Assembly: GCA_002633005.1 (NCBI GenBank)
Contig: NMRA01000053.1
Location: 956,711 to 1,020,710 of the forward strand
Source: Phoronis australis
Taxonomy: Eukaryota; Animalia; Phoronida
Direction of reading: 5' to 3'
Length of the DNA stretch: 64,000 nucleotides
This document shows, piece by piece, positions 13,557 to 24,704 of the stretch; the stretch's first letter is position 1, and each line of letters starts with the position of its first letter. The notes below the pieces were generated by a model, which saw nothing but the letters and a program-made list of their open reading frames with translations, was not told where the DNA came from and ran no database searches. The position numbers and the translations under genes were made by a program.

Positions 13557-14080
13557 GTAAGCAAGTTTTTGTTAAACTTGAACAGCTCTGATTTTTAAAG
13601 ATGATCCTTTCTTTTCTTTTGGTCAATAGACCAGGAACGTTTTCTGAACAGTTTGAATCATTTCGTTCAATTCGAAATCGTGTTGTTGCATGTTAGTTTT
13701 TTTAAAACGGGACTGTGTGTGTCTACAGTTGGCCGTCAGAAATTTAAAAAATCTTTCAAAATTGCTTGTGAAGTATTCTAATTGCGATGCATTTAAAAAA
13801 GCTATATTGAGAGCTGTTCAGTTCTTCTCAATATCACAAGTCATTTGTTATCTCAGTAAGGAACAGTTTGACGTCACATTTATTACATTCAGTGGTCTGA
13901 GAAAAAAGTTTATTGACAGAAGGCCAAGTTTATTGGAATATTCATTTCCAGTGAGCATGTTGTCATTGCTGCTTAAAGTAGAAGATAGCAGAGTAGAGCT
14001 CTTCTTGCCGTCATTTTCAGGTGTCTTTCTCGACACAACTGAACGATAGCGTCCTGTTAAAATCGCACTTTATCTTCTAG

Positions 14081-14236
14081 ATGGCGGCACCGGAGGTGGT
14101 CGAGGTGGACGTGGGCGTGGCGCCCCGCGTGGAGGTCGTGGTGGTCGCGGTCGTGGAGGGTTTTCGCCATACGGCGGCGGGTTTGATAACCAAGGCGGTG
14201 GTGGATACGACGGCTACTCCGGATTTGACGGCTACG
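14081..14236 (+). CDS. hnRNPA1-like: hnRNP A/B-family protein, coding exon 4 (RGG box / Gly-rich)
   Basis: (Y)GGTGGGRGGRGRGAPRGGRGGRGRGGFSPYGGGFDNQGGGGYDGYSGFDGY. Acceptor tcttctag, donor gtgagt; phase 1 to 1. Confidence 0.9.
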
Positions 14237-14825
14237 GTGAGTAGGGCTCACTGAATCACTCATTCAGAGACTCTCCTGGTGGGCATTTTAGTAGATACCA
14301 ACTACCATTAATTATTTGAAATGAGATGATGCTCTGATTGTGTTTTATATATCAGCACTTTGTTATGGCGGATGCTGTTTGGAATTGTTTTCTAAAATCT
14401 TTTACCTTTGAATGAGCGGCTATCGAAAATATGACTTATATTATTTTCATGAAAAAAAATTTAAGCTGAATAATTGAAAATGAAATATTTTTAGAAAACC
14501 GTAACAACATTTTCGAGATCTCATAATGAACATGTATAGGAGAAAAAATTTGGCCATGATGCTAGTACTGGGGCTGTACCTTTCTTTTTGCTAAAGTTTA
14601 CCATAAGGACATGGTAACGTGATCCAATTAATAACAGATTGGTATAAAGTCGAGCTTTTACTGAGTAATAGTTTTGTAGATATTTGGCTAAGTACAAAGA
14701 CAAGTCCATAACGTCCTTACATAACCTTAACAGCAGTCATTTTACCCAAAGTTGGGAGACGTATGCATATATATGTACTTGTACTTTAACTGTTATAAAT
14801 CAATGCGTTTGTATGTTTACTGTAA

Positions 14826-16275
14826 CATGGGTGAGAAACGAACGTGACCGCTGGCCCTAAAACGTGAGCACCCATCCTCCAAATCGGAACGATTCACCAC
14901 AAAACAGGACATACGGGGATCAAATGGGACCGATGCACCTAAAAACGTGACCGCCCCACCACAAAACAGGACCGGCGGAGACTGAACATGGCTGCCAGAC
15001 AAAATGCAGTTATCAATGTCTTTGTGTGATACTGCATGTTATTATGCAACCGGCTACCTAGTTGTGTGAAGACTATTAGCTTGGTGGCACTGTGTGTTGA
15101 GCTCCGTTAGGCACCAAAATTTCACACAAGCCCGGGTCGTTCTGCTCGTCACCTCGTCTTGAAACGTATAAGTCACATGTAAAGCGAACGACCGGCGGAG
15201 GTGCATGCAAAATCTGGGAGTCAACCGACACTCACCTTGCCCGTTGCAGCCGTTAAAGTGAAAAACAATCTAATAAACGTCATTTTCTTGCATAATTCAA
15301 ATTCCCTAAAATTTTGTGACATCTTTCGGAAGATGATTCGGAAGATGATGACAGCTTCGCCGCAGTAAAATTTGTTCTGAAATTTGTTGCTGGTATTAAA
15401 ATACTAAAAAGCTTGTAATAATTTGAAACCAGTTCCGATGACTTGTGGCATGTACGCAGCCTCGTAGAAGAGAACAGCAGATTGAAGAATCGGGGAAGAT
15501 GAAACTGGTCAATGAAAGCTGACCCAAAGAATGCATCACAATTTTAGCAGCAGAATAGGGGCAGAATATCAATTTTTTTCCGAGCGCCGATAAATTCTCT
15601 CAAAGAAGAGTGTTGTTAATATCACTAATTTTTTGAGGATCTTACTTGTTCGGTTTTCACCCACGTCGGCGCAAAGCTGTATATTTAGTAGACAGCTTAG
15701 CAGCACCAAGGCTAGTTATGATGATACTTTACCCGAGAACAAGAACATCCATTTTTTTACTTCACAAAAATGTCAAATTGGAGAAAATGAGTTTCACTTT
15801 TTTCTAAAACTTATGCAGTGGATAAAATTATAATTATTTAGCTCAAAAGTGTGCAACGCGGTTGGTTTTTAGTTAGATTTATTAATTTTAATTATTAACT
15901 TTCCTTCAGTTGTTTATAAGTCAAATACTGCAGCAGAGCCTGGTGAAGTAATGCTCAAAAGCGCTGCATTTTACGAAGGTTTCAGTGGATTAATCATCAT
16001 AAAACCTGCATACGTATATAGCTCCATTGTATGATCTGTGTAGGCCTACAATGTCAATTGACCGGTCAAAAAACTTAGCCCGGTTGTCATTGCGGTCAAG
16101 TTTTAATCCCGGCGGTCATGTTCAGTCTTCATCGGTCCTGTTTGTGGTGGGGTGGTCATGTTTTTCTGGTACTTTGGCAACATGTGATCACCATGGTGAG
16201 GCGGTCCGATTTGGAGGGCCGGCGGTCATGTTTTTTGGTCTGACGGTGATTGGGTCATGTTGTTTCTCACTCTTG
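14826..16275. mobile_element. ~1.45-kb non-autonomous DNA transposon with long (~170 bp) imperfect TIRs in hnRNP intron
   Basis: 14826-15000 is the imperfect reverse complement of 16105-16275 (catgggtgagaaac / gtttctcactcttg). Flanks tgtaa / tgcaa resemble a 5-bp TSD. Confidence 0.6.
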
Positions 16276-17049
16276 TGCAAGAATTAATAGTTTTCTTGCA
16301 CCCCTTGTGTTGGATCGCATGACTCATTGTTAAGTGTGAAAAATCTGTCCCAACTTTTACTCGAGCCCGGTACTTCTGTTCAGATGCTGTAGTCTACTGA
16401 GCTATTGGTACCATTGGTCAATTTGAAACAAATGCAATCAGATTTATCCAAACTTGGGACTGCATATACATGCATATAACTGTGTTGTTATAGTATATAA
16501 AATGGTCACTTAGAGACGTGGTTGGTTGTTAGCAGACATTGTGTTGTTATAGTCAAAGCATTGATATGGTGATGTGATATGACCAACATATGGCGTAACT
16601 AACACTTCTATGTTAACCATATCAGTGCTCAGATCAGGGGAGCTATTCACGTGAATCTAAATGGCAATGTCTTCAGTCAGCCCTGCTAGCATCCAAGCGA
16701 CATCTAGTTACCCCCTCCTTGGTCAACAATTGTCATAGTGGTGAGAGTGCTGTATTGACAACCGAAGGGTTACTGGTTCAAACCATGCCATCTACCTGGA
16801 AAATACAATCCAAGTCAGCGCTCGACATAATTGGGTAAACATTTGAAAGTATGAGTGGAAAAAGTAAAATACGAGTAGAAAATTGACCTCACTCGTATCA
16901 CTTTTGCTGGTGCCCACCTGGCGTCCAGTGTTTTTTGTTTTGGTAACCACTTTCTGCGAGCTCAAATCCGGGAATACGAGTGGCAATCATGTTCACCTGT
17001 GTTGAGTGCTTCAAATGCCAACTAGGAGTGTACCAGATACCTTTGTTCT

Positions 17050-17097
17050 TAACACCTGAAGATGGCTGGAGATATGACTGACCGAAATGTCATGCTA
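17050..17097 (+). ncRNA. Decayed minimal type I hammerhead ribozyme motif (Penelope/retrozyme-type)
   Basis: CTGAAGA-tggctgg-loop-ctgacc-GAAA-tGTC; stems I and II are imperfect. Confidence 0.35.
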
Positions 17098-17196
17098 GGC
17101 TATAGGTTGGTGTTAATAGACCTAGGAGATTTCAAGACATGACGTAACTTTTGTTTAGTTTGCATGTATGAAATGTGCAACTGTTACTGTTTTCAG

Positions 17197-17348
17197 GCAG
17201 TGGTTACGGAGGGTATGGCAGTTACGGTGCGGGTGATGGCTATAGCTATGGTAATAATTCAGGCGATGGATACAGTCAGGGATACAGCAGTGGTTATGGC
17301 CGTGGTCGTGGTAATCGCGTACGTGGCGGCGGCTACAGACCATACTAA
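17197..17348 (+). CDS. hnRNPA1-like: hnRNP A/B-family protein, last coding exon (G/Y/S-rich LCD, C-terminal PY-NLS-like motif)
   Basis: (G)SGYGGYGSYGAGDGYSYGNNSGDGYSQGYSSGYGRGRGNRVRGGGYRPY*. Acceptor ttttcag. Total CDS is 843 nt = 280 aa. Confidence 0.9.
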
Positions 17349-17488
17349 TCCCGCCCAGTGTACGAGGGACTCCGCCTATAACATTCTCTCTCTGTTTCAA
17401 CGTATAAAGACTCTTAGTTTCGAAGTGAATGGTAGACGGCATGAATTTTCATGTTTGTACTTTTAAGTGATGACTTATATTTGTTTAC

Positions 17489-17494
17489 AATAAA
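17489..17494 (+). terminator. Polyadenylation signal of hnRNP gene
   Basis: AATAAA ~140 nt after the stop, followed by T-rich downstream sequence. Confidence 0.6.
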
Positions 17495-18487
17495 TTTTAT
17501 GATGACAGTTAGATGTCTAAAACCGTGTTCTGATTTTTTCTGCATTCGGCCTTTTTGTTTTTTCTTATATTGTTGTTCCCTTTCTCATCAACCTCAGTTA
17601 TTTTCCTACAAAAAGGGTCATCTCTTTTAAGCAGTGGTTGAATGAAGGAACACAATATGTTTTAGGGCCGAATTTTTTTCTTGGATTGTTAAATTTCTCA
17701 AAGTCAAATTTCTCAGTCAGCTTTGCCTAGAGCTAGAGAACCACAAAATTTATTTGAATCTATATTTGGAATTTACTGAAATGATGGCCAGTGACCTTGA
17801 CTGTTCTTGAAATACTTGGCTGCTTGTGTCAACTGACTGGTTGTGTCCACTAGCACATTGTCCGACTGTGACCACAGAGGTAGTGGGGTTCATTCCATCT
17901 TAAGGTTGATCTGAAGTGCACAACATTGTTGCCGTTGATGTCACTTTAAAGCCCTACTTCAACGAAATTTTGTTATTTTAGCTGTATTGAGCTTAGGGAT
18001 AGTCCTAGCAAAGCCTTAGTAAAATATGAAAACGCGAGTTCAATCACGTAAATGTAAGCTGGTCAAATGATAGGTGAAGCTGCTTTTTTGTGCCATGTTG
18101 CGTCACTGCTAGATACCAGCACAAACAAAAGGTCGACAACAGTTGCATTGAACTGGGGTCTGAATAGAAAACCATTGCGTGCGGATGTTATTTGCAGCTC
18201 GAGGGTTTGAATTAAAAGGTGATTCTCGCCGTGCCATAGACAAAAGCAAGCCAATATCCTAACAGTTCGTTATATTTGGCAATTTATGGCAATAGTGGGT
18301 TCAGAGCAATGCTCTTAACATACTGTAGGATTAACATACTGTAGGAACCAAATTTACAGGTGTTGCCGTTCAAGATAGGCTTTGAATCCATAGTGTGAGG
18401 TAATGGAGAGGAGGCACATGCTTTGCACTGATACATGTAATAGTGTACCAACAATAGGATACTTTCAGGAAGCAAGGGGGTTTGATC

Positions 18488-18678
18488 ACGTGGGACTGGT
18501 GACTCATATCGCCACCTGGCTGTAGCAGGAGTAACTCTTTGCAGAGAGTAGCATAGGGGAACAGTTTGACTTCATGAAAAGACCCTTTTACAGTGTATGT
18601 GATTGCACGGAATGTGTTTTAAACAAGTTATAAAATGCCTCCTCGTCCTCTAGAGGCCACTGTTATCCAGTCCCACGT
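18488..18678. mobile_element. Small MITE (12-bp inverted repeat acgtgggactgg / ccagtcccacgt)
   Basis: Perfect 12-bp inverted repeat ~190 bp apart. Confidence 0.45.
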
Positions 18679-19078
18679 CACTAGTCGCCAAGTTGCTATT
18701 TGAAAGTCTCTCATTGTTACTGAGAAAAGAACGCTGATCATTAAAGAACTAGTCCGTGAGGAAGAAAATGTGACAGTCTATAAATTTTCACTGTGCTGAT
18801 AGGGGTAGATAGCCGTTCTCTCTCACAAACTGCAGTCTCGTTCTCATTTATAACATTCTTGTCTCAATAAAACTTTGCTATTAGGAACCACAAATTTTTT
18901 GGATCTTTTCTTGTAAACTGAAGAAACGAGCTTTGTTCCTAAGACAATACTGTATAGTTAGTAGGAATGTCTGGGCAGTTTGTGAGAAAGAATTCTGGTT
19001 ACTACTATGTGCCAATGAGAAGTCTACCTATCTGGTGCTTCAACTTAGCAATGAGATAGGACATGCTGTTGTGTTTAG

Positions 19079-21158
19079 TTTTATGCACCCAGTTTAAGGA
19101 GTTGCTTTTAGTTTTATACACCCACATTCAGATATGTGTGGACAAACAGCTGTCACCTTTATGGGGGTGTCCAATGTTGTTTTGTCTAAAGGGTTTGTAG
19201 GATCTTGATATTTGGCAGATGTTTCTTCTAAGCTGACAAAAGTTGGAGGCGAATGGACCGAATCCGATTACAGCTGCGCCTCCTTGTGGCAATTTTTGTG
19301 CACCCACATATTTATATGTGGCTGCATATTGCTGTCTGGGCGACCGATGTCCTCAGTTGTATCTCCTAAAGCCCCCATAGGATCATGAGATTTGGCACAT
19401 CGAGTCCGTTTTTGGCGCTCGCCCTCCATCAACCAAACCACTTTAAGGATGATTTTGAAAATTGGCACATATGCTCTTAGTGTGAATGGGACGGTTGACG
19501 ATTTTTCGAATACTGTGGGAGTTTTGTTTTTGCACCCGTAGCTGCATCTCCTAAACCCATTGCAGGATCTTTATTAAATTTAGCAAGTGTATTTATATGA
19601 AGTTGACGACGACCACAACTGTCAGACGGTTCCGACGAATGCCGTGCCCCTTAGTGGCAATGTACTCTTTTCCATTTCCTCTGAAGTTCTGTAACAGATA
19701 TTTATGAAATTTGGTAGATAGCTTTCTTTTAACGAAACTATGTTTTGTTGCCGTTTTCGGATTGATTTGACATATTTTACACCATCTAGTGTCCAATTTT
19801 AGTGTGTTTTTGGCGTAAGCCCCACCATCAATCAATCCTCTTTCTAAGGATGAAGTTAGGCGTTTATCTTTCCACTGTGAAGAGGATGGCTGATGATGAT
19901 TTTCGGACTATCGTGGCCTCTGCTAGTGTTAGTGTTTTGCATCTATGGCTGTATCTCCTAAACCCTCTGCAGGATCTTCATTAAATTTGGCAAGTGTATT
20001 TATATGAAGTTAACCGACAACGACGGCATCGTTTAGATGGAACCGATTACCGTTGTGGCCCCTAGTGGCATTTTTTCGTAGCAGATTTTTGTGGAATTTT
20101 ATCAATGGGTTTCTATTAAGGAGACGAAGGCACCTCATTTTCTGGCGGAGTTGACGTATTCTGCGCCACGCTGTAGCCATTTTAACATTTTTTGATTGTG
20201 TTTTTGACATCACCGCTTGAAGGATGGTCACTAAAATTTGGAGATATGTTCCTGATGAGAAGATCGAGGCTGATGTTGATTTCCGTACGTGTTCAAGTGC
20301 TCTGACCCCTTTAGTGGCAATTACATTTTTGGCGTCTACGGCAGTATCTCCTGTACCCATTGCAAGATCTTCCTGAAATTTAGCAGATGTGTTTCTATGG
20401 AGATGACAACTGATGAGTGCCAGTTGGAAACCAATCCAAATACAGCCGTGCTCCTAGTGGCAATTTATTTGTTTGCCGCTGTAACTTCAGAGTTCCTTGG
20501 TGCTTTTTTATGAGATTGGGCAAACAAATTTCTATCATGAAGGCGACAGCATATTTCGTTTTTGTGATGGATTTGAGGCATTCTGCCCCTACTAATGGCC
20601 ATTTTTAATTATTTGTAGTCTGTTCTTTGTCACCTGCTTCTGCATCTGCCAAACCACGCAGAGGATCATTATGAAAATTGGCAGACGATTTCCTACAGAC
20701 AAGAGCACAACTGGTGTGGATTTTCATACTGGTCCAACTATTGTGGTGCTCCCTAGTGACATTTTTTCGCATCAAAAGCTGTATCTCCTGACCCCTATTT
20801 GAAATTTTGCAGTTATATACATGGGCGGCGCAGCACTGAAAAAAGTGAGGGGAGGCTATAGCCTCTCCCCAGCCCCCTATGGTGCGCCGCCCATGTGTAA
20901 TCCTAGATGAGTGGATTCGACTACTGCTGTGGTTTCTAATCGCAGTTTTTTAACATTTGCCTTTCTATCTTCGGAGTTTTTTGACGGATTTTCATAAAGT
21001 TTGGCAAATAAGAGAGACGACGCCACCTTCCCATTTTTGGATGGATTCGTTGTATTCTGAGCCATCTAGTTGCCTCTTTTAATACAAATAAACACCCCTA
21101 AAGGCACACCGTTTGCGGTGCATTCGTGGGTGCATTTCAACGCTCCGCGTTGCTTTTG
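19079..21158 (+). mobile_element. Helentron-type non-autonomous element (HINE/DINE-like) with internal ~140-bp tandem array
   Basis: 5' ttttatgcaccc subterminal motif; 3' complementary gcggtgcatt followed by hairpin CAACGC-TCC-GCGTTG (21138-21152) and T-run. Internal units are homologous to 6420-7194. Confidence 0.7.
20820..20895. mobile_element. GC-rich MITE nested in the Helentron-type element
   Basis: TIR catgggcggcgca / tgcgccgcccatg; same family as 68-138. Confidence 0.75.
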
Positions 21159-23101
21159 TAGATTTTTCCGTTTTCCACATCATTTGCCATGTTACTTGAC
21201 GGATTTTAAAGCAATGTGGCAAAATTGGATTAAGATGACAACGATGACCTACGTGTTCTCTAACAAGGAGAGCACAGCTGATGTTGAATTTCTAATGGAT
21301 TCGTGAAGTGTTTGAAAAACAACCTCCCTTATATCGTTAATGTTCTGATGCACATTTGGTTGCAAATCTACGCCCAGGGTTGTTCTTGTTGCGTTACTGG
21401 GCAATTGTTACTCAATAAACCGTGTGTTAATGTCGTCTGCGTTGCATGAAGAAATGAATGAGGTATGTACTTGCATGTAGAGGTGTTCAAAAATGAAGAT
21501 TTGTCAATTTTGCACCAATGTACGTAATTCCTCTAAAGGTTTATTACAAGCCTAGTTCTCTCAGTCCCAGTCAGGGCTAGGCGTGGTTCACGAGTCTAAA
21601 ACCAGACCAATGCAATACCTTAGTGGTCGCAAAATGGGTACCCGAGACTTCATCAATTAATAGAAACTCGAGATAATTTGAGTTTCCCTTGTTTCGTTGA
21701 CCCACTCGTGACCATACTTCAGAGCACCCGAGACTATTCCTGAAAGGTCAGCGAACCCACCCTAGACGATACCTGACGACAAAACATATACCCACACGAG
21801 ACGATTCCTGGGAACGGGCGAAACTAAGAGGAAACGTATGTATTCAGAGTAGAAGTACACACTGGTACGCCGGTTTGATTATAGGATTGTTACTTTTTGC
21901 CCTCTTGGCACGTCGATTTCTGGAATAAAAATACCAGGTTCTTGAACCGAAAGGGGCGACGCTCTGAACAAGTTCCGAAAACGCCCAGCGGTCCGAGTAA
22001 AGCCGTGTTCCACCGCGTTTGACACGCTAGGGTGGGGCTTTTCAGTTCTAATACCTGTGCGCAATGACGGAGACAGTTGCAGACTTTCAGTCCCAATCTC
22101 GTTAGCCGTTGAACCCAAGGAATGATGGTAGAAACACATAGGCGGATTTAGGGGGGGGGCCCGCCCCCCCCCCCCCNNCTCGTTTAATTTTGCGCGGTCT
22201 TGCGTGATCTTACTTTTTCACGAGTCAGTCGAGCGTTTACGGACTCACTCCTGTTGAAGACTCGTACGTAGCCGTCTTTGAACTAAAACCGTTGCTTTAT
22301 TTCGTGGTTTGAGGTGGAACGTTTTTTTTTTTTTAAATACCTCGAGTTAGGTTTCCGAATTGTATACGATGAAAGCATGGGCCAAATCGGGGAGTTTACT
22401 GAGAAATTCAAAACTGCTATAACTTGATTTGTGTTTTGAAGTTTGAGATTTCGGTTTTATATTATTATCACTTGAGTTTTATAAAAGTCGTCCCAGAAGA
22501 TTGAAAATGTGTTTCAAAGTAAGTGAAATGTACCAACGTCTTAAAGTCAAAAAGTAGCATTACTATTTAACTGCAAATCTCACGCTTCAGTAAAAGTGAA
22601 ATTTGATGATAAACTTTGCATCATTTTATTATTTCAGTGATTTCAACGATTCATCAAATCAATGTCAAGATCGCTTCATTTCACGGTAGCGACTGAAAAG
22701 TTTACATGTGGACCGCTGCGCCTCAATCTCACCCACCGGAACCACGCGCACGGCTGGGTAGAAACTAAATGTAGTTAGTAAGGTACCCTGTCCCTGCAGT
22801 CAGAGTCACATTCAGTCTTCTTAAATTTAAAATCGCTGTTGTTCGCCGCAGTCCAGACCCGTGCCCCAGATATTGTCTCTGCTTCAGAATGAGTCGTCAG
22901 ATTCAAGAATCACGATTGACACTGATTGGAACTGAGCTCATTTGTAAACAGTGTAATCAATGTTTTAAGAACTATTCATCTCTTTGCACACCCTTTAAGG
23001 GTTATTAAATGGACACAAATAAATACTTTATTCTTGTCAGTTCCGACTCATTAGCAGACAATCAGAGTAATGAACTGTCGGACTTCTGGTTTCGGAAGAC
23101 A

Positions 23102-23196
23102 TTCGAAGTAGTGAATTTTCGAAGGCAGCAAACTTTCGGAGCAGTGACCCTTCAGAGTAGAAGACCTTCGGAGTAGTGAACCTTCGGAATAGTGAC
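23102..23196. repeat. Degenerate ~16-bp minisatellite (cttcggagtagtgaac) x~6
   Basis: ttcgaagtagtgaa / ttcggagcagtgac / ttcagagtagaagac / ttcggagtagtgaac / ttcggaatagtgac. Confidence 0.75.
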
Positions 23197-24137
23197 GCGT
23201 AACTTTGGAAATCTTTTCCATCAAAGTTTTTTGCTTATACGAAGTCTGCGATGCTGTGCAGCTTTGACACTGATTGACAAGAGAAGGTTTTCTTCTTAAA
23301 CCAAAGTTTTATTAGGTTTAGACCTACTTTTCCCTTCACGTTTAATGCCGATGGATAACATATAAGCCTCCTGGAATCGTTTGCATGGCCCTGCCATCTA
23401 CGCAAAGACCGCTCGGGCGAAGTTGGCCGGGTACGGCCCGATGATTACGTGAAGCGCTTTGAATCGGAAACAAATTCAAACTTAACAGTTCGTTACACCA
23501 TTGTATTAGTATAGTAGCTGCAACGATTTTGTTGTTCTCCTTCTATATCAACGGATAGGCTGGAGCCCTTTCAACGGGGGGGGGGGGGGGGGGGNGTTGA
23601 TGCAACCCCCTGAACCTCCCCCCGGGTTACATGCCTAAGTTAAAGGGTAGAATGAATATTCGTCACTCGGATTTCTCAACCACTTTTTCAGAACTAAGAT
23701 TTGTAACTTTCGTTTGAATAAATCTTTTTGCTCAACATTTTGTTTCTTACCCAACCTTTTTTCTTTCAGGGGTCATGCTGCCCGTAGAAGTTACTCCAAG
23801 TTACGACTGAGCAGAATACCTACCCGAACCTATACCTGATGAAGTGATGAAACGTGATTGGGGCACCCTCCCAAGTTTGCAGTACATCTCTATTTAAGCC
23901 ATATCAATGGGAGAAACTCGGAGTCGATCACTAAACATTTGGCAAACATTACTCGCTCAACTGGCGCTCTAGGAGGCTAACTATGTTGAATTACGTTTAG
24001 AATGATAGCGTGAGTCCTGAGATTCTTATTTTTTCAATTCGCCGACAACATGAAGTTACGTTAAAAATCCAGGCTAGTTAACAACGTTTGCTTTCAGGGC
24101 TGCCTTGAATTAAATTCCCTATATTAAAAAACAATCA

Positions 24138-24704
24138 ATGTTTTGGAACAATTTATTACCAACAACTTGTCTATTAGATGACATTATGCAAGGAAACGTA
24201 ATGATCATGAGCGTATGTTCGGTGCGGGGAAGCCATCGGTTGCTTGGTGTAGCAGTGCAATACATGTATGTCCGCCCGGTTCGCGTCTTGTCTGTAATCT
24301 CAACACCCGGGGTAGTTATTAAGCGAAGGTATCGGATGCTCCCTTTACATACATGCGGATCTAGGATATCAAACGGGGGTGGGAGGCAGCCAGAGCAACT
24401 GCGGCGGCCAAGGCAATGCGTAGCTATAGCTGACGGCGTCTTTGTCGTGTCCATGGAGGGTGGGGATATGTATGCAAGTGCGAGAACAAGAACGACCGCC
24501 CGCTCGACGGTAGGGAGGCTACGACGTGGAACTGGACGCATGCGCTGTTCGGAATCGATTTCCTTATTGTGTCTGATTGCCTATAAACATGTCAGTGTCT
24601 TGCCTCGGGTAGTTACTCCGGTGCCATTTACCATGGAGTCTGAACACGATCGCCATTTTGCATATCTCCCACCGACACGATTGTTCGGACTGATCGTTCA
24701 CTGA
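24138..24704 (+). other. Unexplained single-exon ORF (188 aa) in a GC/CpG-rich island; coding status unknown
   Basis: Longest ORF not belonging to the two genes. Overlapped by a 140-aa antisense ORF; no confidently recognised domain. Confidence 0.25.

Noticed and set aside
12591-13591. ORFs of 166, 91 and 128 aa
   Set aside because: They lie over a MITE and its duplicated end. Only 13494-13556 is a true exon.
22137-22180. Poly-G/poly-C stretch with Ns as a G-quadruplex or regulatory site (also 23576-23595, 31567-31600)
   Set aside because: It is a MITE end collapsed at an assembly gap, so the sequence is unreliable.
21640-23200. CRISPR-like appearance of short repeats
   Set aside because: Repeats are degenerate, spacers are short or absent, there are no cas genes and the context is eukaryotic.
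23836-23860. ctgatgaagtgatgaaac as a hammerhead or C/D snoRNA box
   Set aside because: No stem II/stem I pairing and no properly placed D box with terminal stem.
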